A DNA stretch of 64,000 bases from a virus (lineage: Duplodnaviria; Heunggongvirae; Uroviricota; Caudoviricetes). Of the stretch, positions 49,739-60,301 are shown one piece after another. The first letter of the stretch is position 1, and every line of letters begins with the position of its first letter. The translations under genes and the position numbers were made by a program. Location of the stretch: the IMG/VR virus record IMGVR_UViG_3300020048_006428, positions 1-64,000 of that record; one strand, given 5' to 3'. Below the pieces are notes generated by a model. It was not told the DNA's origin. It searched no databases and saw nothing but the letters and a program-made list of their open reading frames with translations.

Positions 49739-51457
49739 ATGAATTTAGATATATTTAAAAAACCGGATTCATCTGGTAAATTAGCAAAGGAAAAATATGT
49801 AATTAATAATCACCCAGAAGAATATGATTATATAAATTTATATTGTAAAGAAAACAATATAGATGTAACATTTAAAGAAAAAGTATATTTGTGTATTAAT
49901 GATATTAAACAAGTTCCTAATTGTAAAAACCAAAATTGTAATAATTTAGTTAAGTTTAGAAATACAAATTTAGGATATAGGGAATATTGTAGTAATAAAT
50001 GTATTTCAAGTGATCCAAATATAAAAAATTTAAAAACACAGAAGTCAATAGATAAATATGGAACTAAAACACCCGCTGAATCAAAAATTATAAAAGATAA
50101 GATTGTAAAGACTAATTTAGAGAAATATGGATTTAATTCTGCTATGTGTTTAAAAGAAACACAAGATAAGTCTAAACAAACTTTATTGAACAATTATGGG
50201 ATTGATAATCCAAGCAAAAGTAATATCCTATTGGAAAAAAGAATTAAATCTTTTAAAGAAAATATTGATGTATATAAAGAAAACTATAAAAATACGTCAA
50301 TGACTAAATATGGTGTTGAACATCCTTGGATGGATAAAAATATTCATAATAAAAGTGTTATTTCATCTTTTGATATTAAGAATGAAATAACAGAAAAGTT
50401 AATAAAAGAAAAGCTGAAAAATCATAATTTATATGAATTGATAAAAATTGATTATACAGCATTTAAAAAAAATATTTTTATAAAATGTCCGAGTGAACAT
50501 ATATTTGAAATAAATAGAGAAAATTTATATCAAAGAAATTTAAATGGTAGTGAATTATGCACTGTATGTAATCCAGTTTGTAGAGCAGTTTCTGGATTAG
50601 AAAAAAACCTATTAAGTTTTATAAAAATGAACTATAATGGTGAAATAGTAGAAAATTCAAGAAAGATAATAAAACCATTTGAAATAGATATTTATATACC
50701 TGAATTTAAATTAGCAATAGAATTTAATGGGTTATATTGGCATTCAATATTAAACAAAGAAAAGAATTATCATTTAAATAAATTTAATATGTGTGATGAG
50801 CAAGGTATAAAATTAATTACTATTTGGGAAGATGATTGGATTTTAAAAAGGGATATATGTGAATCTTTTATATTAAATCAATTGGGTAAATCAAACAAAA
50901 TTTATGCAAGGAAATGTACAATAAGAGAAATTGATTACAAAACATCACAATTATTTTTAAATAATAACCATTTTCAGGGTGATTGTAAATCATCTGTTAG
51001 AATAGGATTATTTTATGATAATAAATTAGTAAGCTTGATGACATTTTCAAAATTAAGATTAGCATTAGGTGGCAAACACAAAGATGGATATTTTGAATTA
51101 TTAAGGTTCTGTAATTTGTGTAATTATAGTGTTATAGGTGGTGCATCTAAGATATTTAAATACTTTTTAAATAAGTATAATCCAATTCAAGTAGAATCCT
51201 TTTCAGATAACCTTATTTCTATTGGCGCATTATATGAAAAATTAGGATTTAAATATAAACACACATCTGAACCTGGTTATTGGTATGTTATTGATAATAA
51301 AAGAGAACATAGATTCAATTGGCGAAAAAGCAAGTTGAAAAAATTAGGTGCGGATACAAATAAGACAGAATGGGAAATAATGTTAGATTGGGGTTTTTAT
51401 AGAATATACAATGGTGGTAATAGAAAATGGATTTATATACAAAAACATATAATTTAA
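49739..51457 (+). CDS. Hef-like homing endonuclease
   Basis: Paralog of 30478-32280: KYG repeats, EIDIYIPEFKLAIEFNGLYWHS, IWEDDW, IYARKC. Confidence 0.8.
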   Translation: MNLDIFKKPDSSGKLAKEKYVINNHPEEYDYINLYCKENNIDVTFKEKVYLCINDIKQVPNCKNQNCNNLVKFRNTNLGYREYCSNKCISSDPNIKNLKTQKSIDKYGTKTPAESKIIKDKIVKTNLEKYGFNSAMCLKETQDKSKQTLLNNYGIDNPSKSNILLEKRIKSFKENIDVYKENYKNTSMTKYGVEHPWMDKNIHNKSVISSFDIKNEITEKLIKEKLKNHNLYELIKIDYTAFKKNIFIKCPSEHIFEINRENLYQRNLNGSELCTVCNPVCRAVSGLEKNLLSFIKMNYNGEIVENSRKIIKPFEIDIYIPEFKLAIEFNGLYWHSILNKEKNYHLNKFNMCDEQGIKLITIWEDDWILKRDICESFILNQLGKSNKIYARKCTIREIDYKTSQLFLNNNHFQGDCKSSVRIGLFYDNKLVSLMTFSKLRLALGGKHKDGYFELLRFCNLCNYSVIGGASKIFKYFLNKYNPIQVESFSDNLISIGALYEKLGFKYKHTSEPGYWYVIDNKREHRFNWRKSKLKKLGADTNKTEWEIMLDWGFYRIYNGGNRKWIYIQKHII

Positions 51458-51492
51458 TTAAAATATGCTTTTTATTTTTAATATATATTAAT

Positions 51493-51906
51493 ATGAAAAT
51501 TAGAAAAGTATTTGAAGACACAAATGATTATGAACTTTGTGAAGAAATAAGTTATGAGACATACGAATCTCATATCTGGGTGGGTGAATATGGAGATAAA
51601 CTAATAAGCCTAAAGAATAATATAATTCCAATAATTAAAGAGCAAGAAAAGGAAATATTTGATTATTATTATGGTGTTGGTGGAATGCAACATAATAGTA
51701 GAAGCAAAACTGATTTTTATTCTTTTCATGGATATGAAGTTGATGGATTACATATAATAGTAGAAGCAATTGAAGATTATTATTTCTTAGTTACTATAAA
51801 TACAGAAGAATTTGAAATGTATTTCAAATGTGATGGTGTTGATGGTTTAAAAATGTTATCTAAGAAATTCATAGAAAAATATAAAGATATAAACAATGAA
51901 GATTAA
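51493..51906 (+). CDS. Tandem paralog 1 (MKIRKVFED; start re-assigned to 51493)
   Basis: ATG right after TTAATATATA 51478-51487; CEEISYE...EDYY...FKCD..DGL. Confidence 0.65.
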   Translation: MKIRKVFEDTNDYELCEEISYETYESHIWVGEYGDKLISLKNNIIPIIKEQEKEIFDYYYGVGGMQHNSRSKTDFYSFHGYEVDGLHIIVEAIEDYYFLVTINTEEFEMYFKCDGVDGLKMLSKKFIEKYKDINNED

Positions 51907-52258
51907 AAAAGTTTTTGAAAACATAGATGATGATATTTGTAGAGAAATATCATATGAAGAATATGCAGGGTATTTTGAAAGAGATAAAGTTAAATTATCA
52001 AATAATGATATAGAAACAATAAAATTAGAAAGAAACAAAATATTAGATCTTCTTTTTGAAAATAAAAAGGAAACATATTATTTATTTAGTTGTACAGTAT
52101 ACCATAGTTGTGAAGATTTTTTTCAATTTGAAGTTAATGCTTTAGAAGATTATTTATATTTAGTAAAAATAGAATTGCGTGAAAGATTGTTTACTTATTT
52201 TTTATGTGAAAGAGAAGGTTTAAAAGATATAGCAAGTAGATTTGAATCAAAAGTTTAA
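51896..52258 (+). CDS. Tandem paralog 2 (MKIKKVFEN)
   Basis: First 70 nt identical to paralog 3. Confidence 0.7.
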   Translation: MKIKKVFENIDDDICREISYEEYAGYFERDKVKLSNNDIETIKLERNKILDLLFENKKETYYLFSCTVYHSCEDFFQFEVNALEDYLYLVKIELRERLFTYFLCEREGLKDIASRFESKV

Positions 52259-52272
52259 AAAAAAAGAAATAT

Positions 52273-52653
52273 ATGAAGATTAAAAAAGTTTTTGAAAACA
52301 TAGATGATGATATTTGTAGAGAAATATCATATGAAGAATATGGAGAGTATTGTGAAAATGCTGAAGATAACGAAGAGTATGGGAAATTATCAAGTAGCGA
52401 TATTGAAGTTATAAAACAACAAAGGGATAAAATTTTAAATCGTTATGAAGAAACTACAAATTATTCTTATCAAATTTTATGTGATGTCACAGAAAGAAAG
52501 ATTGATAGTTTTTTTCAATTTGAAGTTTATGCTTTAGAAGATTATTTATATGTGACCCTTATGTCATTAGAAAACACCTATAAATATTATTTATGTGAAA
52601 GAGAAGGATTAAAAAATATAGCAGATAAATTTTTAAAGGAATATGAAAATTAA
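52273..52653 (+). CDS. Tandem paralog 3 (MKIKKVFEN)
   Basis: Shared start and FFQFEV.ALEDYLY...LCEREGLK end. Confidence 0.7.
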   Translation: MKIKKVFENIDDDICREISYEEYGEYCENAEDNEEYGKLSSSDIEVIKQQRDKILNRYEETTNYSYQILCDVTERKIDSFFQFEVYALEDYLYVTLMSLENTYKYYLCEREGLKNIADKFLKEYEN

Positions 52654-52671
52654 AGAAATAAAAGATATAAG

Positions 52672-53100
52672 ATGAAAAATATACAAACATTTGAAGGTTT
52701 TTTTACAAATATTAAAAATATTTTTAGAAATCCAAAAACAAAATATACATCAGAGCTAAATAAATATAGCTTAAAATTATCTTATAAAGATAAACATAGT
52801 TTTGATATAAAACATAGTGGTAGATTAGTTGGTGAAATATTACTATCTGATGAAGAATCATCATATCCTATATGGATATTAAATGTTTATTATTATGATA
52901 GTGAAATAAAAAATGTAGACAAAAAACCATCTACAAAAATTGTAGATCAAGATGAACCATATTATGCTAAAAGTTCTAAGAAATATAGAGTTGATTCAGA
53001 TGATGCTTTGAAATCGTTTATTAATTGGTGGTCAAGTAATACTAAATCAGGTAGATTAAAAAATCCTTTATATAAGGCTAAATCAGGAACTAACTTATAA
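52672..53100 (+). CDS. Hypothetical protein with MKNIQTFEGF leader
   Basis: ORF, shared leader. Confidence 0.6.
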   Translation: MKNIQTFEGFFTNIKNIFRNPKTKYTSELNKYSLKLSYKDKHSFDIKHSGRLVGEILLSDEESSYPIWILNVYYYDSEIKNVDKKPSTKIVDQDEPYYAKSSKKYRVDSDDALKSFINWWSSNTKSGRLKNPLYKAKSGTNL

Positions 53101-53136
53101 ATAAAAAAATCCAAGAATATTTCTTGGATTTTTTTA

Positions 53137-54165
53137 TTATTTAATTTCATATAGTTTTTCATACAATTCCTTTTCCATTTCAGATATATTTTTAGGTATA
53201 TTTACAGTTATTTTAACATATAAAGAACCTATACCATAATTAGAACCATTTGCAGTTAATACAGGCACACCCTTACCTCTAAATGTGTATATTTTGCCAC
53301 TATCACACCCAGAATCAATTTTTAAATCAATTTTATCATCTAGTATGTCTACTGTTTTATTTGTTCCTAAAACAGCTTCTGGGATAGATATAAATTCTTC
53401 ATAATATAAATCATTTCCTTCTCTATTAATTTTAGGATGTTTTATTTCTTCTATTATAATGTGTAAATCACCTGGTTCACCACTTCTTATACTATTACCA
53501 TAACCAGGCATATTTAAAGCCATTCCTGTTGCTACACCTTTTGGTAATTTGATTTCAACAATTTCCTCTTCAAGTTTAGTACCATTTCCATTACAAGATT
53601 TACAATGATTTATAACCATTTTACCAGTTCCATTACAAGTATTACAAGATATTACTTGTTGCATAATACCAAAAGGTGTTTGTTGAGTTATTTTTTTATG
53701 ACCAGATCCATTACAATTTATACAAGTTTTTAAATCAGAGCCACCTTTTCCACTACAAGTATTACAAGATTTTTGTCTGTTGTATTTAACTTTTCGTTCA
53801 CTTCCTTTTAATACTTCTTCTAATGTAACTTCTAATTTAACCCTTAAATCACCACCTCTTATATGTGGTTTAGCTTGTTGTCTATTTCCAAATATATCAC
53901 CAAAATTATTGAATATATCATTCATATCAAATCCATGTGATTGATAACGATTTTGGTTATTATTATTTGAAGTTGAACCATATCTATCATATTGCATTCT
54001 TTTTTGATCATCTGATAATATATCATATGCTTCTGATATTTCTTTAAATTTAGTTTCATCACCGCCTTTGTCCGGATGGTGGATTTTACATAATTTTCTA
54101 TATGCAGATTTAATATCTGTGGAAGATGCTTTTTTATCAACACCTAATATATTATAATAACTCAT
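53137..54165 (-). CDS. dnaJ: Molecular chaperone DnaJ
   Basis: J domain HPD, four CxxCxGxG repeats, GDL and C-terminal domain. Confidence 0.95.
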   Translation of the reverse strand: MSYYNILGVDKKASSTDIKSAYRKLCKIHHPDKGGDETKFKEISEAYDILSDDQKRMQYDRYGSTSNNNNQNRYQSHGFDMNDIFNNFGDIFGNRQQAKPHIRGGDLRVKLEVTLEEVLKGSERKVKYNRQKSCNTCSGKGGSDLKTCINCNGSGHKKITQQTPFGIMQQVISCNTCNGTGKMVINHCKSCNGNGTKLEEEIVEIKLPKGVATGMALNMPGYGNSIRSGEPGDLHIIIEEIKHPKINREGNDLYYEEFISIPEAVLGTNKTVDILDDKIDLKIDSGCDSGKIYTFRGKGVPVLTANGSNYGIGSLYVKITVNIPKNISEMEKELYEKLYEIK

Positions 54166-54216
54166 AATTAAACTTATTTTGATTTATTTTATATATACCA
54201 AAAATATAATTTGTTT

Positions 54217-54957
54217 ATGATATACAATAAAATTTATGATTTCTGTAAAGTAAGAAACATAGGTTCAGCTAGAAAAAATGGCTTAGAACCAACACCAAGA
54301 GTAGAATATCTAATTAATTTATTAGATAGTGAAGATATTAAATATGAACTTGATGTGTTTGGTGATGAAACTAAATACTTTAATATTATATTAAGGGGCA
54401 ATTCATCTAAAATGGTTGTTGCACATCATGATATTGTAAATCCTAATATTGATAATGCTAATGATAACTCTGCATCTGTTATAAATTTAATAGCAATTAA
54501 AAAGTTAAGACCAAATATAAATGCAGTTATATTAGATGGTGAAGAAATTGGTGGAATTGGTAGCCAAAGATTATCAGAACAAATAAATGATGGGGATTTT
54601 GGTAAAATAGATTGGGTTCTTAATTTAGAATTAACAGGAAGTGGTGGAAAACATTTCTTTATGGGTAATTATCCAGGTATATTAAGTGATAAGATTATTG
54701 AATTGTTTGAATGTCCTGTTATAAACACACCATTTAATGATTCTGTTATTTTCAGAAAAAATGGAATTGATTCTACTGTTATTAATCCATTACCACCATT
54801 ACCTATTAATGAAAAATCAATTGTTAAATTTAATGATGTTTATTTAAATTATGATTTGTTATATAATTGTCATAGTAGGTATGATACATTAGATACTATA
54901 TCTATCTATGATATGCAGGAATTTGTAGAAGAAATAGTTTTAAAAATAATAGACTAA
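54217..54957 (+). CDS. M28-family zinc peptidase
   Basis: VAHHD, NANDNSAS, DGEEIGGIGS, NLE, CHS..DT. Confidence 0.8.
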   Translation: MIYNKIYDFCKVRNIGSARKNGLEPTPRVEYLINLLDSEDIKYELDVFGDETKYFNIILRGNSSKMVVAHHDIVNPNIDNANDNSASVINLIAIKKLRPNINAVILDGEEIGGIGSQRLSEQINDGDFGKIDWVLNLELTGSGGKHFFMGNYPGILSDKIIELFECPVINTPFNDSVIFRKNGIDSTVINPLPPLPINEKSIVKFNDVYLNYDLLYNCHSRYDTLDTISIYDMQEFVEEIVLKIID

Positions 54958-55253
54958 TGAATTATATAGTAATTAAAAAAACACTTCGTTTTGAATATAG
55001 ATTATATCTTGATAATGATATAGATGGTAAAGTTATATTTAAAGGACATAAATTAGCACCCGAAGAAAATTTATTAAAAGATATATTGGATATAAAAACA
55101 ATAAATGGTGATTATAGAAAGATGTTTTACCTTTATGATATTAATAAATGGGAAACTATAAATGACTTTTCAGTAGGTATAAGAAAGTCTTGGGAATCAT
55201 TATTAAGTTTAATAAAAACAAATAAAATAACAATTACCGTTTTTAATATATAA
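54957..55253 (+). CDS. Hypothetical protein
   Basis: 98 aa ORF, translationally coupled. Confidence 0.5.
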   Translation: MNYIVIKKTLRFEYRLYLDNDIDGKVIFKGHKLAPEENLLKDILDIKTINGDYRKMFYLYDINKWETINDFSVGIRKSWESLLSLIKTNKITITVFNI

Positions 55254-55264
55254 AAATAAAAAAT

Positions 55265-56059
55265 ATGTTATTAAAAATTGGTAGTAATGGTGAAGATGTT
55301 AAAAAGCTTCAAGAAAAACTTGGATTAATAGCTGATGGTGATTTTGGTGCAAATACTGAAACTGCTGTTAAAACTTGGCAGAAGAACAATGGTCTATCTG
55401 CTGATGGTGTTGTTGGTGACATAACTTGGAAGAAGATGTTTTCTGTTGTATTGGTAGAAGAGTTAAACCTATCAAGACTTAAAGGAATTATACCTGATAA
55501 AGTTATAAATGAAATACCTGAAACTGCTAAAAGATTTAATATAACAAATAATCTTAGATTATCACATTTTTTGGCACAATGTTCAGTAGAAAGTGGTAAT
55601 TTTGTTGCCGTTTTAGAAAATCTAAATTATTCATCTGATGGACTTAAAAGGGTATTTCCAAGATATTTCCCTGATAATTTAAGTGAATCATATGCAAGAC
55701 AACCAGAAAAAATAGCTAATAGAGTTTATGGTTCAAGACTTGGAAATGGTGATGAATTAAGTGGCGAAGGTTATAAATATAGGGGTAGAGGTTATCTACA
55801 ACTTACAGGAAAATCAAATTATGAAGCATTTTCTAAATTTATTGGCGAAGATTGTGTTGCTAATCCAGATTTGGTAGCAACTAAATATCCGTTAGCATCT
55901 GTTGGATTTTTCTTTAATACTTATAAAGCTTGGGATATATGTGACTTAGGATCAGATGTAAATACAGTAACACTTGTATCAAAAAGAGTTAATGGTGGAA
56001 CAAATGGATTAGAAGAAAGAATTAAAAAATTTGCATATTTTTATAATATACTAAAATAA
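55265..56059 (+). CDS. Endolysin: PG-binding domain plus GH19 catalytic domain
   Basis: GS.GEDVKKLQ..DGDFG..T; HFLAQ..VES, ENLNYS, YRGRGYLQLTGK.NY, VNGG.NGL. Confidence 0.9.
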   Translation: MLLKIGSNGEDVKKLQEKLGLIADGDFGANTETAVKTWQKNNGLSADGVVGDITWKKMFSVVLVEELNLSRLKGIIPDKVINEIPETAKRFNITNNLRLSHFLAQCSVESGNFVAVLENLNYSSDGLKRVFPRYFPDNLSESYARQPEKIANRVYGSRLGNGDELSGEGYKYRGRGYLQLTGKSNYEAFSKFIGEDCVANPDLVATKYPLASVGFFFNTYKAWDICDLGSDVNTVTLVSKRVNGGTNGLEERIKKFAYFYNILK

Positions 56060-56070
56060 CTAAAATAACT

Positions 56071-56595
56071 ATGAAATACTTAAAATTATTTGAAAATTTC
56101 TTTGGTGATGAAACTAAAGAAAAAATATTACGCTTTCTTAAATCTGGTGATTTTTCACTTACAATTCAACTTTGCGATGGACAAAATATTGACTTTGATG
56201 AATTTATATATGAATATGCAAAGACTAAAAATCCTGATTTATTAGAAGATGATTACATAAATATTTATGTTAATATATCTAATGATTATATCAAATCTGA
56301 ATATATTTGTATAAGACCAAAAATATTTTGTAATGATGGGTTTAGTTTATCTGTTCAAGGCGCATATGGATCATATTCATGGCCAAGAAAAGATAAAGCT
56401 AATCATTATTCTGAAATGGAAATTGGATTTCCATCTGAAAAAGAACCTATTTTAACTGAATATGGAGAAGACCAATTTGAAGAAGATTCTGATGAATATA
56501 GTGATATTTATCCTTATGTTCCAATTGAACTAATAAATAAAGTGTTATTAAAACATGGTGGAATTGACTATGAAAAAACACTTGGACAAAAATAA
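56071..56595 (+). CDS. Hypothetical protein with MKYLKLFENF leader
   Basis: C.DGFSLSVQ...YS.P...E.GFPS...YVP...KHGG domain. Confidence 0.65.
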   Translation: MKYLKLFENFFGDETKEKILRFLKSGDFSLTIQLCDGQNIDFDEFIYEYAKTKNPDLLEDDYINIYVNISNDYIKSEYICIRPKIFCNDGFSLSVQGAYGSYSWPRKDKANHYSEMEIGFPSEKEPILTEYGEDQFEEDSDEYSDIYPYVPIELINKVLLKHGGIDYEKTLGQK

Positions 56596-56603
56596 ATTAA
56601 TAT

Positions 56604-58112
56604 ATGTTAAAGAAGTATGATGATTTCTTATTAGAATCTTTATTAATGGAATCTATCTTAGTATATTCCGATGATTTTAGAAAAATATTAAAAAATGTTG
56701 AATCACCAATAGCAACTTATTTATTGGATGCAGAAGATGTAGATTTAGAATTATCAAATAATTATATAGATATATCGGATAAACCAAACCAAATATCATT
56801 TATCAGTGATGAAAAAGGACAAAAATTAGCGAATGATAAAAATATTCAATATATCGGAACAAGTATTAACTATTATATAAGTGATTATTTTATAGATGAT
56901 GTTTGTGTTCCACTTGAATTTGATACTAAGGGTAAGTTTCTTATGGAACTACCAGTTAATTCATCAAACGGAACTATTCTAAAAACATTAAATTATGATG
57001 GTAAAATTTATTATAAATGTCAATTTGATGATGATATTTATTTATTAAATAGTGAAAACTCAATGATAATTGGTAAAACACCATTTAATTCAAATAGGCA
57101 GGACATAAAAATAGGAAGAGGAATTAGAGGTATTTTAAACTCTGCTAAAATTAAATATACTGATTCTGAAATAGAAACATTTGTTAATAAATATAAGGCT
57201 GAAATAGATATATTAAATGATCAATTTAATAATTTTGAATTAACAAGTGGTTATGATATAGCATATTGGTATAATAGTAATAGATATTATTCAGATAGTG
57301 GAACATTAGGAAACTCTTGTATGGCTGATGTTAATAGTGGTAGGTTTGATATTTATTGTGATAATCCAGATGTTTGTAAGTTATTGATATTAAAACAAGA
57401 TAAGTCTAAAATAAAAGGTAGGGCATTAGTTTGGAAACTTTCAAATGGTGATACTTTTATGGATAGGGTATATACGAATAATGATAATGATTTTGAACTA
57501 TTCAATAAATATGCTAAATTAAATGGTTGGAAAAGAAAAAAAGCAAATGATAGTTCCACTGATTTTGTGGTGGTTTTACCAAATGGTGAAGAAGTTGATA
57601 GTGGTTCTTTGAAAATTAATATAAAAGGCGGTAGTTTTGATTATTATCCATATTTAGATACATTTTGTTACTATTATTTAAATAATGGAATATTATCAAA
57701 CAGCGATGATTTAAGGGGTGATTATATAACATTATGTGATGCTGATGATGGTAAATGGAATGAATATTGCTATGATTGTGATGAAACAGGCATTACAGAA
57801 TGTGGTAGATGTGAAGGTTATGGAAAAGTAGACTGTGATGAATGTAAAGGTAGCTGTAAAGTAGAATGTTCAGAATGTGAAGGTAGCTGTAAAGTAGAAT
57901 GTTCAGAATGTGAAGGTTTTGGTGAAATAGAAGGAGAAGATGGTGAAATGGTAGAATGTTCAGAATGTGATGGTGATGGTAAAGTAGAATGTTCAGAATG
58001 TGAAGGTGATGGTAAAGTAGAATGTTCAGAATGTGATGGTGAAGGTGAAGTAGAATGTCCAAATTGTGATGGTGATTGTGAAGTAGAATGTCATTGTAGA
58101 GAATCATTATAA
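56604..58112 (+). CDS. SCM/RALVW/DRVY/YPYLDTF family protein with C-terminal CxxCxG zinc-finger repeats
   Basis: Paralog of 24157 and 61401; leader MLKKYDDFLLES. Confidence 0.65.
   Translation: MLKKYDDFLLESLLMESILVYSDDFRKILKNVESPIATYLLDAEDVDLELSNNYIDISDKPNQISFISDEKGQKLANDKNIQYIGTSINYYISDYFIDDVCVPLEFDTKGKFLMELPVNSSNGTILKTLNYDGKIYYKCQFDDDIYLLNSENSMIIGKTPFNSNRQDIKIGRGIRGILNSAKIKYTDSEIETFVNKYKAEIDILNDQFNNFELTSGYDIAYWYNSNRYYSDSGTLGNSCMADVNSGRFDIYCDNPDVCKLLILKQDKSKIKGRALVWKLSNGDTFMDRVYTNNDNDFELFNKYAKLNGWKRKKANDSSTDFVVVLPNGEEVDSGSLKINIKGGSFDYYPYLDTFCYYYLNNGILSNSDDLRGDYITLCDADDGKWNEYCYDCDETGITECGRCEGYGKVDCDECKGSCKVECSECEGSCKVECSECEGFGEIEGEDGEMVECSECDGDGKVECSECEGDGKVECSECDGEGEVECPNCDGDCEVECHCRESL
57796..58095 (+). 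repeat. 33-bp coding tandem repeat (KVECSECxGxx)
   Basis: gtagaatgttcagaatgtga repeated, about 8 units. Confidence 0.85.
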
Positions 58113-58211
58113 CTGAGTTCTACCAAATCCAAAAGATTTGATTCGATGATCAGGTCTGTTTTTAGCAATTAAAAATTAGTCTGATATATTAAATTATATC
58201 AGACTAATTTT

Positions 58212-59105
58212 TTATATACCTTTAAAAATATGGCTTATTACATCAACTGTCCAACCATTACCTAACATTCTATATCTTTGTGTATCACTTAAACCTTTTG
58301 TGTATTGTTCAGGAACAGTTTGTAATCTTTCACATTCTAATGGTGTAAGTCTTCTAAATCCACTTTCGCTTTCTTCACAAATTATATATGGGCAATGTGG
58401 TGGTTGTTTATAATAAGATGCTAATAATGGTTTTGATTTTTCATTTAAAGTATTATGTTTCCATTTATAACTTTTTAAGAAGGCTAAATGATGTTTAAAT
58501 GATAAATGATATTTTTTATCAACTGAATCTTCAATAATATCTTTTAAAGTTTCTTTATTAGTAGGTAGTTCTTTTATTGGTATATTAGTCCAATATAAAC
58601 GTTGTCTATTTTGTGCAGAAAATAAATTGCTATTTATTAATATAGGTTCTATATTTAGAATACTTGATATTAATTTTTTCCATTTATTTTCCATCTTAAC
58701 ATTTTCTAAAAGGAAATATTTTGGTTTAACTTCATTTAATATTCTTATATATTCCCAAAATAAATAAGATTGTCCATCAAATTCAAATCCTGTATTTTTT
58801 AAATCTAAATATTGTTTTAATGATGTTATATCTATACTATCCTTAGTTACCATTCCTTGTCTTTTACCTGCAAACGTGAAATTTTGACAAGGACTACCAC
58901 CAAACATTAAATCTATTTTTGGTAATTCAAATCCGTTTACTTTAGAAACATCACCTAATTGTATAGTATTTGGATAATTATTTTTAGTGACTTGAGTAGC
59001 ATATTTATCTATTTCAGATGCAAAATAATTATCGTATTTTATACCTAATTTATTTAAAGCTATCTGTCCACAGGACATACCATCAAAAAGACTTAATATA
59101 TTCAT
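58212..59105 (-). CDS. C5 cytosine DNA methyltransferase
   Basis: SLFDG, EID, GGSPCQ, LENV, QNRQRLY, RLQT, GNGW. Confidence 0.92.
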   Translation of the reverse strand: MNILSLFDGMSCGQIALNKLGIKYDNYFASEIDKYATQVTKNNYPNTIQLGDVSKVNGFELPKIDLMFGGSPCQNFTFAGKRQGMVTKDSIDITSLKQYLDLKNTGFEFDGQSYLFWEYIRILNEVKPKYFLLENVKMENKWKKLISSILNIEPILINSNLFSAQNRQRLYWTNIPIKELPTNKETLKDIIEDSVDKKYHLSFKHHLAFLKSYKWKHNTLNEKSKPLLASYYKQPPHCPYIICEESESGFRRLTPLECERLQTVPEQYTKGLSDTQRYRMLGNGWTVDVISHIFKGI

Positions 59106-59542
59106 TGTACACCTAATATTATTTTTGGATATCTAACTATTTTACCATTTATACTATACCCTTTACTTACAACATCTATAATCTTTTGTTCACCAACATT
59201 TAAAATAGAAATAACTTCGTGTATATCTGAATCATAATTTTCAGTTTGAATACATTCTACATTTTGATTTTGTAAGAACTTATCTATTTTAGACATAATC
59301 AATTTAATACCATCATCAATTGTTATGTTTTTTAATGCTAATGATAAATCAGAATCTAAATCTAAGATAGAATTTAAAACATCATTTTTAACTGATGTTT
59401 TAATATCTTCTTTTTCTTTTAAAGTTCTTTTTTTATAATTATCAAACTCTGCTAATAATCTAAGATATTTATCATCTGCTTCTTTTTTTATTAAATCAAC
59501 TTCTTCTATTGAATAAGTTTTAATATCTAAATTTTCTTCCAT
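59102..59542 (-). CDS. grpE: Nucleotide exchange factor GrpE
   Basis: YLRLLAEFDNYKKR, HE, KGY..NGKIVRYPKI. Confidence 0.88.
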   Translation of the reverse strand: MEENLDIKTYSIEEVDLIKKEADDKYLRLLAEFDNYKKRTLKEKEDIKTSVKNDVLNSILDLDSDLSLALKNITIDDGIKLIMSKIDKFLQNQNVECIQTENYDSDIHEVISILNVGEQKIIDVVSKGYSINGKIVRYPKIILGVQ

Positions 59543-59547
59543 ATATA

Positions 59548-60036
59548 TTAATAGTTGTTAAATTTTAATAGTTTTTTTACTGCATTTGAATTATAGAATT
59601 CATAGCTTATATTTTGAATTGTAGCTTTTGTTATTTCTAATTGCTCAAGGTTTGTTTTTAGTTTATCAACATATTGCTTTAAATCTATCAAAGAATTTGA
59701 ATATTGAATTGTTGGTTCCCAACATTCTGGGAATTTGTCTAAAAACTTTTGAATGCTTATTTCTATGGTCTTCTTTTTTATTAATAGAACATCCTTTTCT
59801 TTCACAGATCTAATTGTTAAGAAATGAATTAGATAATCATTAAATCTATGTATTAGATTATCAGTTTCCATAACTTTTAATAATCCAATTACTATTGCAT
59901 CTCGTTCACTTAATTCAAATTCTTCATTTTCTTTTAATAGTTTTTCAGCTTCTTTATCTGATCCAACTATATAATACGCATATGAATCCCACAAACATCT
60001 TTTTACTATATCTTCTGGCGTTACAAATATTTTCAT
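59548..60036 (-). CDS. Hypothetical protein
   Basis: 162 aa ORF upstream of grpE. Confidence 0.55.
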   Translation of the reverse strand: MKIFVTPEDIVKRCLWDSYAYYIVGSDKEAEKLLKENEEFELSERDAIVIGLLKVMETDNLIHRFNDYLIHFLTIRSVKEKDVLLIKKKTIEISIQKFLDKFPECWEPTIQYSNSLIDLKQYVDKLKTNLEQLEITKATIQNISYEFYNSNAVKKLLKFNNY

Positions 60037-60301
60037 TTAAATAATTATTTTTTAGTAAAAATTATATGGTTAATTTTAAATTTGTTTAAAAATTAACCAC
60101 AATTACATTTGTTTTTTACAAATAATATAAAATTACATGAATATTTATTCTCTAAATCTTCTATAAAAATTTCATTTGAATTTCTTATTATTTCTTCGTA
60201 TATTCTAAATTTCTTATTAAATAAAAAAGACTTAGCTATTAACTGTTGTCTTGAATTTAGATTGTTTATAAGATTATTTAACTTGATAATTAATTCTGCT
60301 G

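Noticed and set aside
30478-51457. Homing endonucleases as parts of introns or inteins
   Set aside because: Flanking genes are complete and no splice motifs were seen; treated as free-standing
51896-52653. Diversity-generating retroelement template/variable repeats
   Set aside because: No reverse transcriptase in the window, and differences are not adenine-specific
57796-58095. 33-bp periodic repeat as CRISPR array
   Set aside because: No unique spacers; in-frame coding repeat for CxxCxG units; no cas genes
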